DNA from: Deltaproteobacteria bacterium
GTDB taxonomy: Bacteria; UBA10199; DSSB01; JACPFA01
Length of the DNA stretch: 64,000 nucleotides
Direction: 5' to 3'
Assembly: GCA_016183235.1 (NCBI GenBank)
Contig: JACPFA010000016.1
Span: 2,834 to 66,833, forward strand
Positions 27,001 through 35,575 of the stretch are shown in pieces. The first letter of the stretch is position 1. Every line of letters begins with the position of its first letter. The translations under genes were made by a program, and so were the position numbers. The notes under the pieces were generated by a model that was not told the DNA's origin, did not search any database, and saw nothing but the letters and a program-made list of their open reading frames with translations.

Positions 27001-30000
27001 AACCCACGGATGCAAGGAGGGGTTAGCTTCCGTGGTTACCGCCGTTATGTGAATGGTGCCGTGGCCGAATCGGGAGATGCAGCACCTGGCACCTTAAGTT
27101 TTGGCGGCATTCAAATGGAAGTGCCTTATTTTCGCGAAATGTTCCCCAAGGCCTTGCGTGCCCAAAATGGCCTGTTGTCTTTTGCTATCTTCCCCACCGA
27201 GTTCCGGCCCAATAACTCAAGCACCTCGCACGCGATGCGACCGGGCGAACAAACCACCGTGGACGTGTGGGTCAATACCGGGAATAACCGTTCCCCTGGC
27301 AACATGGTACTGGCCTATCCCAGCCTGTCTTACTTACGCAGCACCCATGCCTTGGGCTTTGTCGGCCCACGGGTGGATGGGCAATTCTCGGATTATGAAA
27401 GCTATATCGATGCCCAATACGATTTCAGCAAGGCCAAAATTACCGGCCCCAATAATTGCCTTAATGCAGAATGTACCATCACCGGTGCCATCAATCGCTT
27501 TGATCACTATGGTTGGACCGACTTTGGCGACATCCCGCAAGACTTTGAACAAGGCAGTGCACCTTACAATTTAAAATACGATGTGAGTTTGGGCTTTATC
27601 TATCAGTGTATTCGTACCGGCAGCCCCTTCTATTGTCGCGATGCCGTAACTTCAAACCTACACTTTGCTAACGTTGACATCATGCACTCCACGGTACGCG
27701 GCTATAACAACCCCAACCGCGATTGGATGGTGGGTGGTTCTTGGGGTCATAGTCTGCACGATGAATCGGGCATCTCGAACCCCCATCGCAACAATAACAA
27801 CCCACACCCTGACACCACCTGGGGTGGAGCCGGGCTCTCGGCCTTTGCACTCTTGACCGGCGACGACATGGTGCGCGATGCAAGCCTAGAACTTGCCGAC
27901 AACATTCTATGGCGAGCTCAAAATTCTAACGACACGGGTTGTGATGGACAAGCTTGGGGCGGCGGGAGCGACAATGGTTACGCCATCCTCGGCACCAATC
28001 CACGAGCCGCGGGGAATATCGGTCGCTTACTCAATTGGGCCTTTAAACTCACCGGCGATATCAATTATTTGAACGGCGCCGCGGGCACTTCCCGTTGGGT
28101 GCAATGTGAACGCGCCAACCTCACCTGCGGAAGTTGGGGCGTTGCCCTTTCGGCCCGCGCTATTGGTGAATACATCATCACGACTCGCGATGCCGGAATT
28201 AGCGAAGACCCCAATGCCATTCCTGCCATGAACACCTTGCTTAATTCCATGGCCAGCAACACCACCCGAAGCGGTGACCGAGCTTGGTTTGGCGCTTGCA
28301 CTGGCACCCAGGAAATCAATAACTGGATGGTTCTGGCCGCTGATGCCTTTAGTTTGGGTTATGCTGTGACCGGCAATCAAACTTGGCTAGACGACTATGC
28401 TCGCCCCAGTTTCAACACTGGCCAAACCGATCCTTTCTATAATAACGACTCGTTACACTACCACAGCACCAAAGAATTGGTGAACTCGGTAGGCGCAGGC
28501 ACGACTTTCTTGCACTTTGCCAACAACGGTCAACCCGTGCCAGACCCTGTTCCAACGCCACCACCCCCTGTGCCTACACCAACACCTGTGCCACCACCGC
28601 CGCCTGCACCCACACCAACACCTGTGCCACCACCTCCAGCTCCAACGCCCACTCCTACGCCGGTGCCTCCTCCACCCGCACCCACTCCACAACCTGGGCC
28701 ATTCCAAGTAAGTTTAAGCGATATCGAAGACACCTATTTGAGTGGCATCGACTGGACCTACATTCCCGAAACAGTCGGCAACTTTGGTAATGACGATATC
28801 ATTTATCTCTACAACGTAAACTACGCCAGTTCACAAATCCGGATCGGGCTCATTAAGATGAATCTAACTCCGATCGACTCACAAAATCAGATCGATCGCG
28901 CCATCTTGCATCTTCCTGTGGTCAGCGGCAACCCCACACAGCTTAAAGCCTACGAAGTTACGGCTAATTGGAAAGAAGGCACCTGCGTCAATCAATATGA
29001 ATGCACGGCCGATGGTACCACCTGGATTTCTCGTGGCCCAGGCTATGGTAATTGGGCAACAGCGGGCGGTGATTTCAACGCCGCCACGGCAGTGAATGGC
29101 CAACTCAGCAACGGAGAAGTGTTGTTTGACATCACGAATAGTGTCAACAAATGGGTGCAAAACCCCAACACAAACTTTGGTTTAACTTTGCGGGATAGCA
29201 ATGCATGGGAAGAAATCAGTCTAGGGTCTTCAGAAAATGGCACTTTGTCATTACGACCCTATCTCGTAGTGCAAGGAAATGGCAGTGGAAGCACACCACC
29301 ACCCGCACCGACGCCTGTACCAACTCCCACACCTACACCTGTGCCACCTCCACCACCACCTCCTGCACCCACACCCACGCCAACACCGACGCCCGTGCCA
29401 CCACCGCCTCCGCCGCCTCCGCCCCCACCTACACCACAACCTGAACCGGTGGATTTCAATCCAGAAAACGAGCGAGTCATCACGCCTACCACCAACAACG
29501 TTAATCTAGCCCAGCCCGCCAATCTGCAAGTGTTCCATCGTTCCGGTCAAACCTTCCTCACTTGGAACGAAAATACCGGCATCAGCGGAGAACGCTACAT
29601 TGTATATCGTCACACCGCACCGATCAACAGCAGCAATCTCAGTAGCGCCATCCCCATTGCCATCGTCAAAGAAGGTTCGAGTTATTATCGCATTGAAGCC
29701 GTGCGCTCGGGCAGCCGGCAATCCCGTTATATGATTCAAGATCTAGGGACCCAGCTGAGTAACACCACAGGTCTCTTTGTTTACACCACCAAACAAAATG
29801 GCGATTTTTACTACGCTGTAACCACGGCCAATGCCACTTCAGAAAATAAATCCGCCTTGGGTTCGACTAACAGCGTAAGTGCCACTATAAGTGAAACGGT
29901 GGCTGACCCTCAGCCCGTCTTAGTGTGGCGTGGTGCTGGCCTTTCCGGCAATACAACCTTATGCGGTTTGGTTTACACGCAATTTATGGATTATCATAAT

Positions 30001-31272
30001 TGGAACCCCACCTTCCATGGTTATGCCTACAATTATTCGGTCACTCTACCTTCTTGTAACTACCAACCCGACGCTCAAAATCCCTTGTCAGTCGCGCTCT
30101 ACATCGAAGGCAAGAACAGCCGCTATACCAACAGTGTCTATTACGCCATGAACAACAGTATTTATATCAGTGCCGAATCCGCTTGTTCGATTCCAGATTA
30201 TGGCTGCGATAGTGAACAAGATTGGTATTGGGGATTTAGTTGTAAACACAATTTTAATGGCCCGCTTGCCGAAGGTGCCAGTACTAATCAATTTAATTAC
30301 AATGTCACCCCAGGCCCGGTTTGCAATTACACCGAATTGCGAATTTTGCGCGCTGTGAAAGACACCCTACGACAATGGGCGGGCGATCCAAAACGCGTCT
30401 ATGTTTACGGCCACTCCATGGGTGGTTCAGGCGCCATCACCCTTGCCATGCACTATCCAAAAATCTTCTCCATCGTCTATGCTAGCGAAGCCATGACCGA
30501 TTACGGTAATTCTGGGAATTGGCTTGGAGAACTAACCCGCTTTTGGGGATCCCCCAACGACTCAAGAAACACCGTACGTAACTTAGGCATTCGTTGGCTC
30601 GATGGCACCATGACCAACGAACACTTAAAGCAATTCAATGACCGTATGAATGTGTTTACCTTCATGGATCACCAAGCCCTCGCCTCCGATCCTGATTACA
30701 TGGATGAAGACAATGGATTTATCATTGCGGTTCATGGCACCAACGACAATGTGATCCCAGCGGCCACCCAAGGCTATGGCTTCTACGAAGAAATGAACCA
30801 AGGCCACCGCGGTTTCATTGGCATGGTAAACAGCGACGACCACATCTCGCAAATCGCCATGGGTTGGAACCCCAGCACCCCCATCAACTTTAGAAAATTG
30901 GTAGGCTATTATGATGGCCAAGAGCACTTCTATAACCAAAGTTACCCGGCTCTCTCCAACATCTCAGGCACAAATTATGCGGTAACCTCGGGCACGGCCA
31001 ATTACAATCGCAATGTTTATTGGGATCAATACACAGTGGTTGATCAAGTCGATCGTTACGAGATCACCTTGCAAGGCCTTTCGGGCGCAGTCACCGCCGA
31101 CGTCACCCCACGCCGCTTACAAGACTTTAGCCCCCAAGCCGGCGAAGTCTTGCAATGGCAAAATCTGCAAAGTGGGGAACAAGGCCTAATTACGGTTGAC
31201 CCCTTCGGCCTAATCACAATCCCTCAAATGAGAATCGTGTCTGGCAACAACCGATTGGTGATTACGAGGTGA
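24049..31272 (+). CDS. giant secreted multidomain enzyme (2407 aa): beta-helix domain, FN3-like module, large unassigned central domain, DNRLRE-like module and C-terminal alpha/beta-hydrolase (esterase), joined by three PT-rich linkers
   Basis: Signal peptide. Beta-helix repeats (NVTVADLSI, NNFIF, HNTVYV, NNFIS). Nucleophile elbow VYVYGHSMGGSGA. Pro/Thr linkers. The DNRLRE-like call (LIKMNL...AILHLPV...FGLTLRD) is tentative. Confidence 0.85.
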   Translation: MMQRYTPKPGSLFPFILIALLALSYFGLIPSTALGQALTTRQAPAPIHSNFCPAYTQSDLYRPRLQQVTVGPQDNWISAIRGALPGTEILLQDGDYFLGSTYTVTIPEEVTVRSASGNRNAVTIIGQGYGPGAEALMVTGKNVTVADLSITQVRNHGIAIKGESGAHGTHIYNVNLYDIGTQMIKGTKGPQDAVIACSAMGYSANGVRGDYIAAIDVHGPQDLLIRDNYIYNFMGEGTGCEVDIDCGAYMSQHPAILIWNEGARGTIIERNVMIENYRSIALGLDRGHEDGIVRNNFIFRSQPGDAGIELRTANNTLVAHNTVYVENYIGAIELSPGTNNRIYNNFISAYFRTRDGATFTEDGNLFDLEPGDLLQAGDSHLLDNSRAIGAGVSLPDILTYVTDDIDGDLRDGRYDIGADQFVEIAPPPEPLFSQAIPITQIIAKTSENQGTRHVFNAKNELSYFDFTPPQDGWYRFQVNLGANALTTKYWFALQTNNIVDGRIIQSQNVDSIEAKNYDFYRHLTAGKKTRVNLISGTRNGMEHYLYGVNIQETHAFDETPPETTLNIVRYETKLTFKISTNEPHTILFYLNGALKSSNHTLTTSRKFTFTGLTRSTIYTYKIITKDAFGNADTTEGEVNTLPDPLPPPPPPEPTPTPTPVPPPPPPPAPTPTPVPPPPAPTPTPVPPPAPTPTPVPPPPVPTPTPVPPPPAPTPTPQPVPNPTPPAPTPTPVPPPPVDDSIDVPLTVHFPSGANESVPVTVGVPVPLDATGPFTVVNTNNVAVPTQVREQTRSSHQWLLVDFQAEPNQSYRLKKGNSPAGNYQMNVINQGSAGITVNTGVTEFKLPADTRLFEQVRDANGNALIDQAGFGANVSPALLEIAENGPLHTMVKVTAPRAIQGLDLVARLHFYAGKSYSRVRITLVNHNNCTWSSGQPRCNNIGDTGTISFEDVSWSLTVHNPEASRNEVLYQDSSGTNGWNYYQGRNPRMQGGVSFRGYRRYVNGAVAESGDAAPGTLSFGGIQMEVPYFREMFPKALRAQNGLLSFAIFPTEFRPNNSSTSHAMRPGEQTTVDVWVNTGNNRSPGNMVLAYPSLSYLRSTHALGFVGPRVDGQFSDYESYIDAQYDFSKAKITGPNNCLNAECTITGAINRFDHYGWTDFGDIPQDFEQGSAPYNLKYDVSLGFIYQCIRTGSPFYCRDAVTSNLHFANVDIMHSTVRGYNNPNRDWMVGGSWGHSLHDESGISNPHRNNNNPHPDTTWGGAGLSAFALLTGDDMVRDASLELADNILWRAQNSNDTGCDGQAWGGGSDNGYAILGTNPRAAGNIGRLLNWAFKLTGDINYLNGAAGTSRWVQCERANLTCGSWGVALSARAIGEYIITTRDAGISEDPNAIPAMNTLLNSMASNTTRSGDRAWFGACTGTQEINNWMVLAADAFSLGYAVTGNQTWLDDYARPSFNTGQTDPFYNNDSLHYHSTKELVNSVGAGTTFLHFANNGQPVPDPVPTPPPPVPTPTPVPPPPPAPTPTPVPPPPAPTPTPTPVPPPPAPTPQPGPFQVSLSDIEDTYLSGIDWTYIPETVGNFGNDDIIYLYNVNYASSQIRIGLIKMNLTPIDSQNQIDRAILHLPVVSGNPTQLKAYEVTANWKEGTCVNQYECTADGTTWISRGPGYGNWATAGGDFNAATAVNGQLSNGEVLFDITNSVNKWVQNPNTNFGLTLRDSNAWEEISLGSSENGTLSLRPYLVVQGNGSGSTPPPAPTPVPTPTPTPVPPPPPPPAPTPTPTPTPVPPPPPPPPPPPTPQPEPVDFNPENERVITPTTNNVNLAQPANLQVFHRSGQTFLTWNENTGISGERYIVYRHTAPINSSNLSSAIPIAIVKEGSSYYRIEAVRSGSRQSRYMIQDLGTQLSNTTGLFVYTTKQNGDFYYAVTTANATSENKSALGSTNSVSATISETVADPQPVLVWRGAGLSGNTTLCGLVYTQFMDYHNWNPTFHGYAYNYSVTLPSCNYQPDAQNPLSVALYIEGKNSRYTNSVYYAMNNSIYISAESACSIPDYGCDSEQDWYWGFSCKHNFNGPLAEGASTNQFNYNVTPGPVCNYTELRILRAVKDTLRQWAGDPKRVYVYGHSMGGSGAITLAMHYPKIFSIVYASEAMTDYGNSGNWLGELTRFWGSPNDSRNTVRNLGIRWLDGTMTNEHLKQFNDRMNVFTFMDHQALASDPDYMDEDNGFIIAVHGTNDNVIPAATQGYGFYEEMNQGHRGFIGMVNSDDHISQIAMGWNPSTPINFRKLVGYYDGQEHFYNQSYPALSNISGTNYAVTSGTANYNRNVYWDQYTVVDQVDRYEITLQGLSGAVTADVTPRRLQDFSPQAGEVLQWQNLQSGEQGLITVDPFGLITIPQMRIVSGNNRLVITR
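25972..26257 (+). repeat. PT-rich linker 1 (low-complexity coding repeat, PTPTPVPPPP(A/V) units)
   Basis: Read from the sequence. It generates spurious Gly/Arg/Trp-rich antisense ORFs. Confidence 0.9.
28534..28700 (+). repeat. PT-rich linker 2
   Basis: PVPDPVPTPPPPVPTPTPVPPPPPAPTPTPVPPPPAPTPTPTPVPPPPAPTPQPGP. Confidence 0.9.
29293..29447 (+). repeat. PT-rich linker 3
   Basis: TPPPAPTPVPTPTPTPVPPPPPPPAPTPTPTPTPVPPPPPPPPPPPTPQPEP. Confidence 0.9.
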
Positions 31273-31304
31273 TTAATGAAAAGTATAGTATGACAGGGAA
31301 AAGT

Positions 31305-31371
31305 ATGACGAAGGTACGATTTTGCTACTGTTTATCAATCACTAATCGTCCGAAAATCATACCTCCGTCAT
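31305..31371. mobile_element. MITE-like element, copy 1 (~67 bp, ~19-bp terminal inverted repeats ATGACGAAGGTACGATTTT / AAAATCATACCTCCGTCAT); core inverted relative to copies 2 and 3
   Basis: atgacgaaggtacgattttgctactgtttatcaatcactaatcgtccgaaaatcatacctccgtcat. Confidence 0.8.
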
Positions 31372-31409
31372 AAATTGCGCTTTTCATAAATCATCATTAA
31401 CAACTTTTT

Positions 31410-33524
31410 GTGGCATTATTCCCGCAAAATCCTTATCATTTAACTTGTCTCCATTATTCGAAAAGGGCGGAAGTGATACAACAAACGCTGAGAATTAGTA
31501 TTTTTGTTATGGCCATCGCATTGACCGGTGTAACCGCAGGAGCATTTGATAAAATCCCTTACAATCCAAAATTTCCCCCGAAGGTCCCTCCTAAGGGGGG
31601 GTCTGTCTGGTCTAAGACTCAAGGGTTGATCGAGCATTTCTGTTTCTCCGATGGGATGTGTAATCAAAAAGAGGGTAAGATTTGTTTCAATTTTCGTTGT
31701 GTGTTGCAATGCACCGATTCTGACGGCCCCCCAACAGAAAAGAGCTATGATGGGATATTGGTTCCGGGTAAAATTACGTTCTACTATCACGCTGACGGCA
31801 CTCCAGGGTCCAAGTATGTTAAGGAAACGCATTACGACGCGTGCAACTATATTCCTTCAAAGACCAAGCCTGGGGCGGTTGAAATCGATCCCCAGCATCT
31901 TACCGAACGTCGGTGCCACTGGGATAACGGGAAACTGATGGGTGGGCATGTTTGGGTTTCATGTCCGGAGGGAACCGTTTGTCAGGAAAAAAAAGAATCC
32001 TATGGCTACTGTGGGCCGCCTCCCCCACCTTTCACCCCGCCTTTTGCTGATTTTTGTCAGCAGCAGGAGGAAAAGGGTCTTTTGAATGACTTTGTCCCTT
32101 GTACGGTTGATGCGTGCGACAGCACGACGGCTAATATCACCCATACCCTTGTTGCCTGTACGGATAAACAAGCATGCCATCCGCAAACAGGGAAATGTGT
32201 TTCCTTAGCGTGTGTCAACACACCCCTCGATGACCTGAATGCCTGTACGGATGATCTTTGTGATGCGGTTACTGGCGAAGTGACTCATGTGGATCTCTCG
32301 ATCAATCCGACGGGTGGTACTTGTGAAAAACCAAAATTACCCGACTATGATAGCGACGGGTATTCCGACTTGCAAGACAACTGCCCACTGACCATCAATG
32401 CAAACCAGATTGATAGTAATAAAGACGGTATTGGCGATGCCTGTACCTGTAGCAATCACCAGGAAATGGCTCCGTTCGGCATCATGAAGGGATTCCCAAC
32501 CGCAACTTGGTTTATAAATATCAAGGAAGTGAACTTTTTTTACAGTGATGGAGATCAACTGAGTGATGGAGATCAACTGTATGCCGGCACAGAGATGGAT
32601 GGACTGTGGCAATTCAAATCAGATGACATCGGCTGGATATCGCTCAGTCAAGGGTTGCCCAAAGAGAACCCTCCAGACCCTAAGAACCCTAGCGCGTTTA
32701 CGAGTATCTTTTCGCTGCAAAGACATGGGGCTTATCTCTATCTCAGCGCTGCCAATGCCGGTATTTATCGTACTCAAGATCCTGAAAAAGGCTGGGAGCT
32801 TTTCTCCACAAACCCACCGGGGATATCCTATCTCGTAAGTCTTATTTCCTATGGTGGATATTTATATGGTGCTGCGCAAGACGGGCTTTATCGCCTCGTG
32901 GAGGACGGAACGTGGTCTAAACTCACCAATTTCGCTGAACCCTCCGGCGTTTATGATGTCATTATGCACAATGGGGCTCTTTACGCCAGTACGCAAAAAG
33001 GGGTGTTTCGGTTATGGAAAGAAACCTTCATTGGCTGGCAAGATGTTAGCTGGCAGGATGGAGGAAACGGCCTCCCCCTCTGTGCGGGTGGTGGAAAATT
33101 TTATATGGCGGGTCTTGGTGCCTGGGTGTTTGCTGAATTTAATGGAAAACTCTACGCCGGGTGCCCTGCTTCAGGAATAGGTTTGTATGTCTTTTCTGAT
33201 TTCAGTGAAAGTTGGAGTGCCTTTGCTATCACTGGCTTGCCAAAGCAGGTACAAATTAATCACCTCCACGTCTATGGTAATAATCTGTATGCAGCAACTT
33301 CCAGTCAAAACCAGGGGGGAGGTATTTACCGATGGAATCCGATGGACAACCAGTGGAAGCTCTTGAGTACGGACGGGGAATATCCACTGTATAACGGTTC
33401 GAAGATATCTGCAAAAGATATCTCTTGTAATGACTTGACAACTTTTAAAGGTTCATTGGTGGGGGCTTGCACTAACCTGGGCCTCTACCGCTTCGTGGGT
33501 TGTGGCACACCAAAATTATTTTGA
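31410..33524 (+). CDS. secreted Cys-rich protein with canonical TSP3 repeat and a C-terminal beta-propeller-like repeat region
   Basis: DYDSDGYSDLQDNCPLTINANQIDSNKDGIGDAC. Recurrent G(I/L/V)(Y/F)R motifs (GIYRT, GLYRL, GVFRL, GIYRW, GLYRF). The start is uncertain (GTG at 31410). An 18-bp perfect tandem duplication lies at 32544-32579. Confidence 0.75.
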   Translation: MALFPQNPYHLTCLHYSKRAEVIQQTLRISIFVMAIALTGVTAGAFDKIPYNPKFPPKVPPKGGSVWSKTQGLIEHFCFSDGMCNQKEGKICFNFRCVLQCTDSDGPPTEKSYDGILVPGKITFYYHADGTPGSKYVKETHYDACNYIPSKTKPGAVEIDPQHLTERRCHWDNGKLMGGHVWVSCPEGTVCQEKKESYGYCGPPPPPFTPPFADFCQQQEEKGLLNDFVPCTVDACDSTTANITHTLVACTDKQACHPQTGKCVSLACVNTPLDDLNACTDDLCDAVTGEVTHVDLSINPTGGTCEKPKLPDYDSDGYSDLQDNCPLTINANQIDSNKDGIGDACTCSNHQEMAPFGIMKGFPTATWFINIKEVNFFYSDGDQLSDGDQLYAGTEMDGLWQFKSDDIGWISLSQGLPKENPPDPKNPSAFTSIFSLQRHGAYLYLSAANAGIYRTQDPEKGWELFSTNPPGISYLVSLISYGGYLYGAAQDGLYRLVEDGTWSKLTNFAEPSGVYDVIMHNGALYASTQKGVFRLWKETFIGWQDVSWQDGGNGLPLCAGGGKFYMAGLGAWVFAEFNGKLYAGCPASGIGLYVFSDFSESWSAFAITGLPKQVQINHLHVYGNNLYAATSSQNQGGGIYRWNPMDNQWKLLSTDGEYPLYNGSKISAKDISCNDLTTFKGSLVGACTNLGLYRFVGCGTPKLF

Positions 33525-33901
33525 TTATGAAATACCAGAATGGCGCCGTTTTCCATTTTAATGCCCACATCTAAATCGCCATCTCTATCTAAATCAATGA
33601 TGCCAAAAGATTGAAGTTTTAACCCACGGCCGGGTTCATCATAACCATCGAAGATAACTAGCGGACTATCCGATTGCCCACGAGCGACGGCTTGACACTC
33701 TCCAAAATAAGCCACGAATCTCCTCATCGGAAATTTTTTCATATCTTCGGGTACATCAGGAATTTTATCTGAAGGAATAACCAAAGCAGCGGCCATAAAA
33801 CAGGCATCTTGCGAAGCAAGGCCTAACTTTTTCGGATCTAAAGACCCAGTACGATACCAATCAAAAGCATGACGGAGGCATGATTTTGCCACTGTTTTCA
33901 A
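33485..33901 (-). CDS. hypothetical protein (138 aa) with one FG-GAP-like DxDxDGD loop
   Basis: ORF with plausible composition. Motif IIDLDRDGDLDVG. Its 3' end overlaps the convergent gene by 40 bp. Confidence 0.45.
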   Translation of the reverse strand: MKTVAKSCLRHAFDWYRTGSLDPKKLGLASQDACFMAAALVIPSDKIPDVPEDMKKFPMRRFVAYFGECQAVARGQSDSPLVIFDGYDEPGRGLKLQSFGIIDLDRDGDLDVGIKMENGAILVFHNQNNFGVPQPTKR

Positions 33902-34023
33902 ATCATTGATTGCTCGAAAATCTTATAATTGTTGATGAATGATAATAGGAACACCGGTGAGGGGTAAGTGGCGATCCGTTGACCGACAAGTTTTAATAGC
34001 AAAGAAGCATGAAATAAAGAAGC

Positions 34024-34233
34024 ATGACGAAGGTACGATTTTCAGACGATCGATTATCCTAAAAACGGCAGTTGAAATCGCTTCTCTGTCATTGCGAGCC
34101 CAGTAGGGCGAAGCAATCTCAATTGGCCCAAGTGAGATTGCTTCACCCTGCTGGTGCAGGGTTCGCAATGACAAATCGTGCATTATTTCAGAAGAAATTA
34201 TTGATAAATAGTAGCAAAATCGTACCTCCGTCA
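34024..34233. mobile_element. MITE-like element, copy 2, interrupted by ~140 bp that includes a REP doublet
   Basis: Termini atgacgaaggtacgatttt ... aaaatcgtacctccgtcat. The core halves match copy 3 on either side of the insert. Confidence 0.75.
34088..34172. repeat. REP doublet nested inside MITE copy 2
   Basis: gtcattgcgagcccagtagggcgaagcaatctc ... gagattgcttcaccctgctggtgcagggttcgcaatgac. Confidence 0.9.
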
Positions 34234-34272
34234 TAAATTATATTATAGCTACCACACCTACAAAAGAATTTA

Positions 34273-34725
34273 ATGACTTCAGTTATGGCTTCATTTAGAA
34301 TAAAATCCCAAATGAATAAAAATCTTATCCAAAAATTAGGGTGTTTTTTTCAAAAGAGAAGGGAAATTAAGTTGGCTTATCTTTTTGGTTCAGAGGCTAA
34401 ACGTCCTCATCAACCTTCTCGCGACGTGGACATTGCTGTTTTGTTGAATAAATCACTGCGTGGTTTGCAGCAATTTGATTATCGTGTTCAGCTTTGCCAA
34501 GGATTGGAAGATTTTTTGCATTCTTTTAAACAAACCTTGAAAGTTGATTTGGTACTTCTCAATGAAGCAGATCCTTTTTTAACCTATCAGGTGTTGAAAT
34601 ATGGGCAGCTTCTCTTTGAACGTCAAAAAAAAAGTGATCGAGATTTTAAAGTGAGATCTATGACACGTTATTTTGATGCAAAACCTCTCCATGATTTTTT
34701 CTTCGAACGGGCGTTAAAACATTAG
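34273..34725 (+). CDS. mntA: nucleotidyltransferase-domain antitoxin (MntA, type VII TA)
   Basis: Pol-beta NTase motif LFGSEAK...RDVDIAVLL. Sits 2 bp upstream of the HEPN gene. The true start may be the ATG at 34312 (MNKNLIQ). Confidence 0.8.
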   Translation: MTSVMASFRIKSQMNKNLIQKLGCFFQKRREIKLAYLFGSEAKRPHQPSRDVDIAVLLNKSLRGLQQFDYRVQLCQGLEDFLHSFKQTLKVDLVLLNEADPFLTYQVLKYGQLLFERQKKSDRDFKVRSMTRYFDAKPLHDFFFERALKH

Positions 34726-34727
34726 TT

Positions 34728-35144
34728 ATGGTTGATCGATTACTCATTCAACGAAAAATCTTACTACTTGACGAGAAAAAAGCTGCTCTAAAGTCGTTTG
34801 CCCTTAAAACATATAAAGAATTTTTAAAGGGACCTTACCCTAAGGCGGTAGAAAAACTTCTTCAAGAGATGGTGGAAATTTGTCTAGATATTGGAAAGCA
34901 TCTTATAGCTGATGAAGGATGGGAATTTGCCAATGAGAGCCGGGACATTTTTCAGAGATTAGCAGAAAAGAAAGTCATTTCCAAAAAATGTTTAAAGACT
35001 ATGCTCAAAATGGTGGGGTTTCGAAATCTCGTTGTTCATTTGTATGAACAAATTGATTCCAAAATCGTCTACAAAATTTATCAAAGACATTTAGGTGATT
35101 TTGCAAATTTTGCAAAAAAGATTTTTCATTACCTTCAAAAGTAG
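34728..35144 (+). CDS. hepT: HEPN/DUF86 toxin (HepT)
   Basis: R-x4-H motif in GFRNLVVHLYEQID. The size and the pairing with an NTase gene also fit. Confidence 0.8.
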   Translation: MVDRLLIQRKILLLDEKKAALKSFALKTYKEFLKGPYPKAVEKLLQEMVEICLDIGKHLIADEGWEFANESRDIFQRLAEKKVISKKCLKTMLKMVGFRNLVVHLYEQIDSKIVYKIYQRHLGDFANFAKKIFHYLQK

Positions 35145-35162
35145 CTATAATAATAATAAACC

Positions 35163-35229
35163 ACAACGAAGGTACGATTTTCGGACGTTCAATTATTGAT
35201 AAACGGTAGCAAAATCATACCTCCGTCAT
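35163..35229. mobile_element. MITE-like element, copy 3
   Basis: acaacgaaggtacgattttcggacgttcaattattgataaacggtagcaaaatcatacctccgtcat. Confidence 0.8.
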
Positions 35230-35575
35230 AAATTATTTTTCTTCGTAAGTGCTCAGCAAACCTTTCAATTACCCACAAGTTTTTGAGCCATTGGGAATCC
35301 TAATGCAATATCCGTTAATCGAGACAGCCCCCATACGACCCTATTGCCTGGCGGGGCCTTTAACTGTAAATCAGAGCGAATGAATGTGTAGTTAGCACAA
35401 TCGTTGGCCATCGTGCTCACTCATCCGATACCTTCCCGCTTGTCAACAGCCTTAAGTTTGCCTTGCCAGCAACTTAAAAAATATCATCTGCCGATATACA
35501 AATACGATGAATGTAAAATGATGGCCCTAAATTCAGCCAGCGGTCAGATTTAGGGTGATACGAGGTATATGATAC

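Noticed and set aside
33923-34234. Listed 103-aa minus-strand ORF
   Set aside because: It is composed almost entirely of the MITE copy and the nested REP doublet, and it includes the typical translated-repeat peptides. It is not a credible gene.
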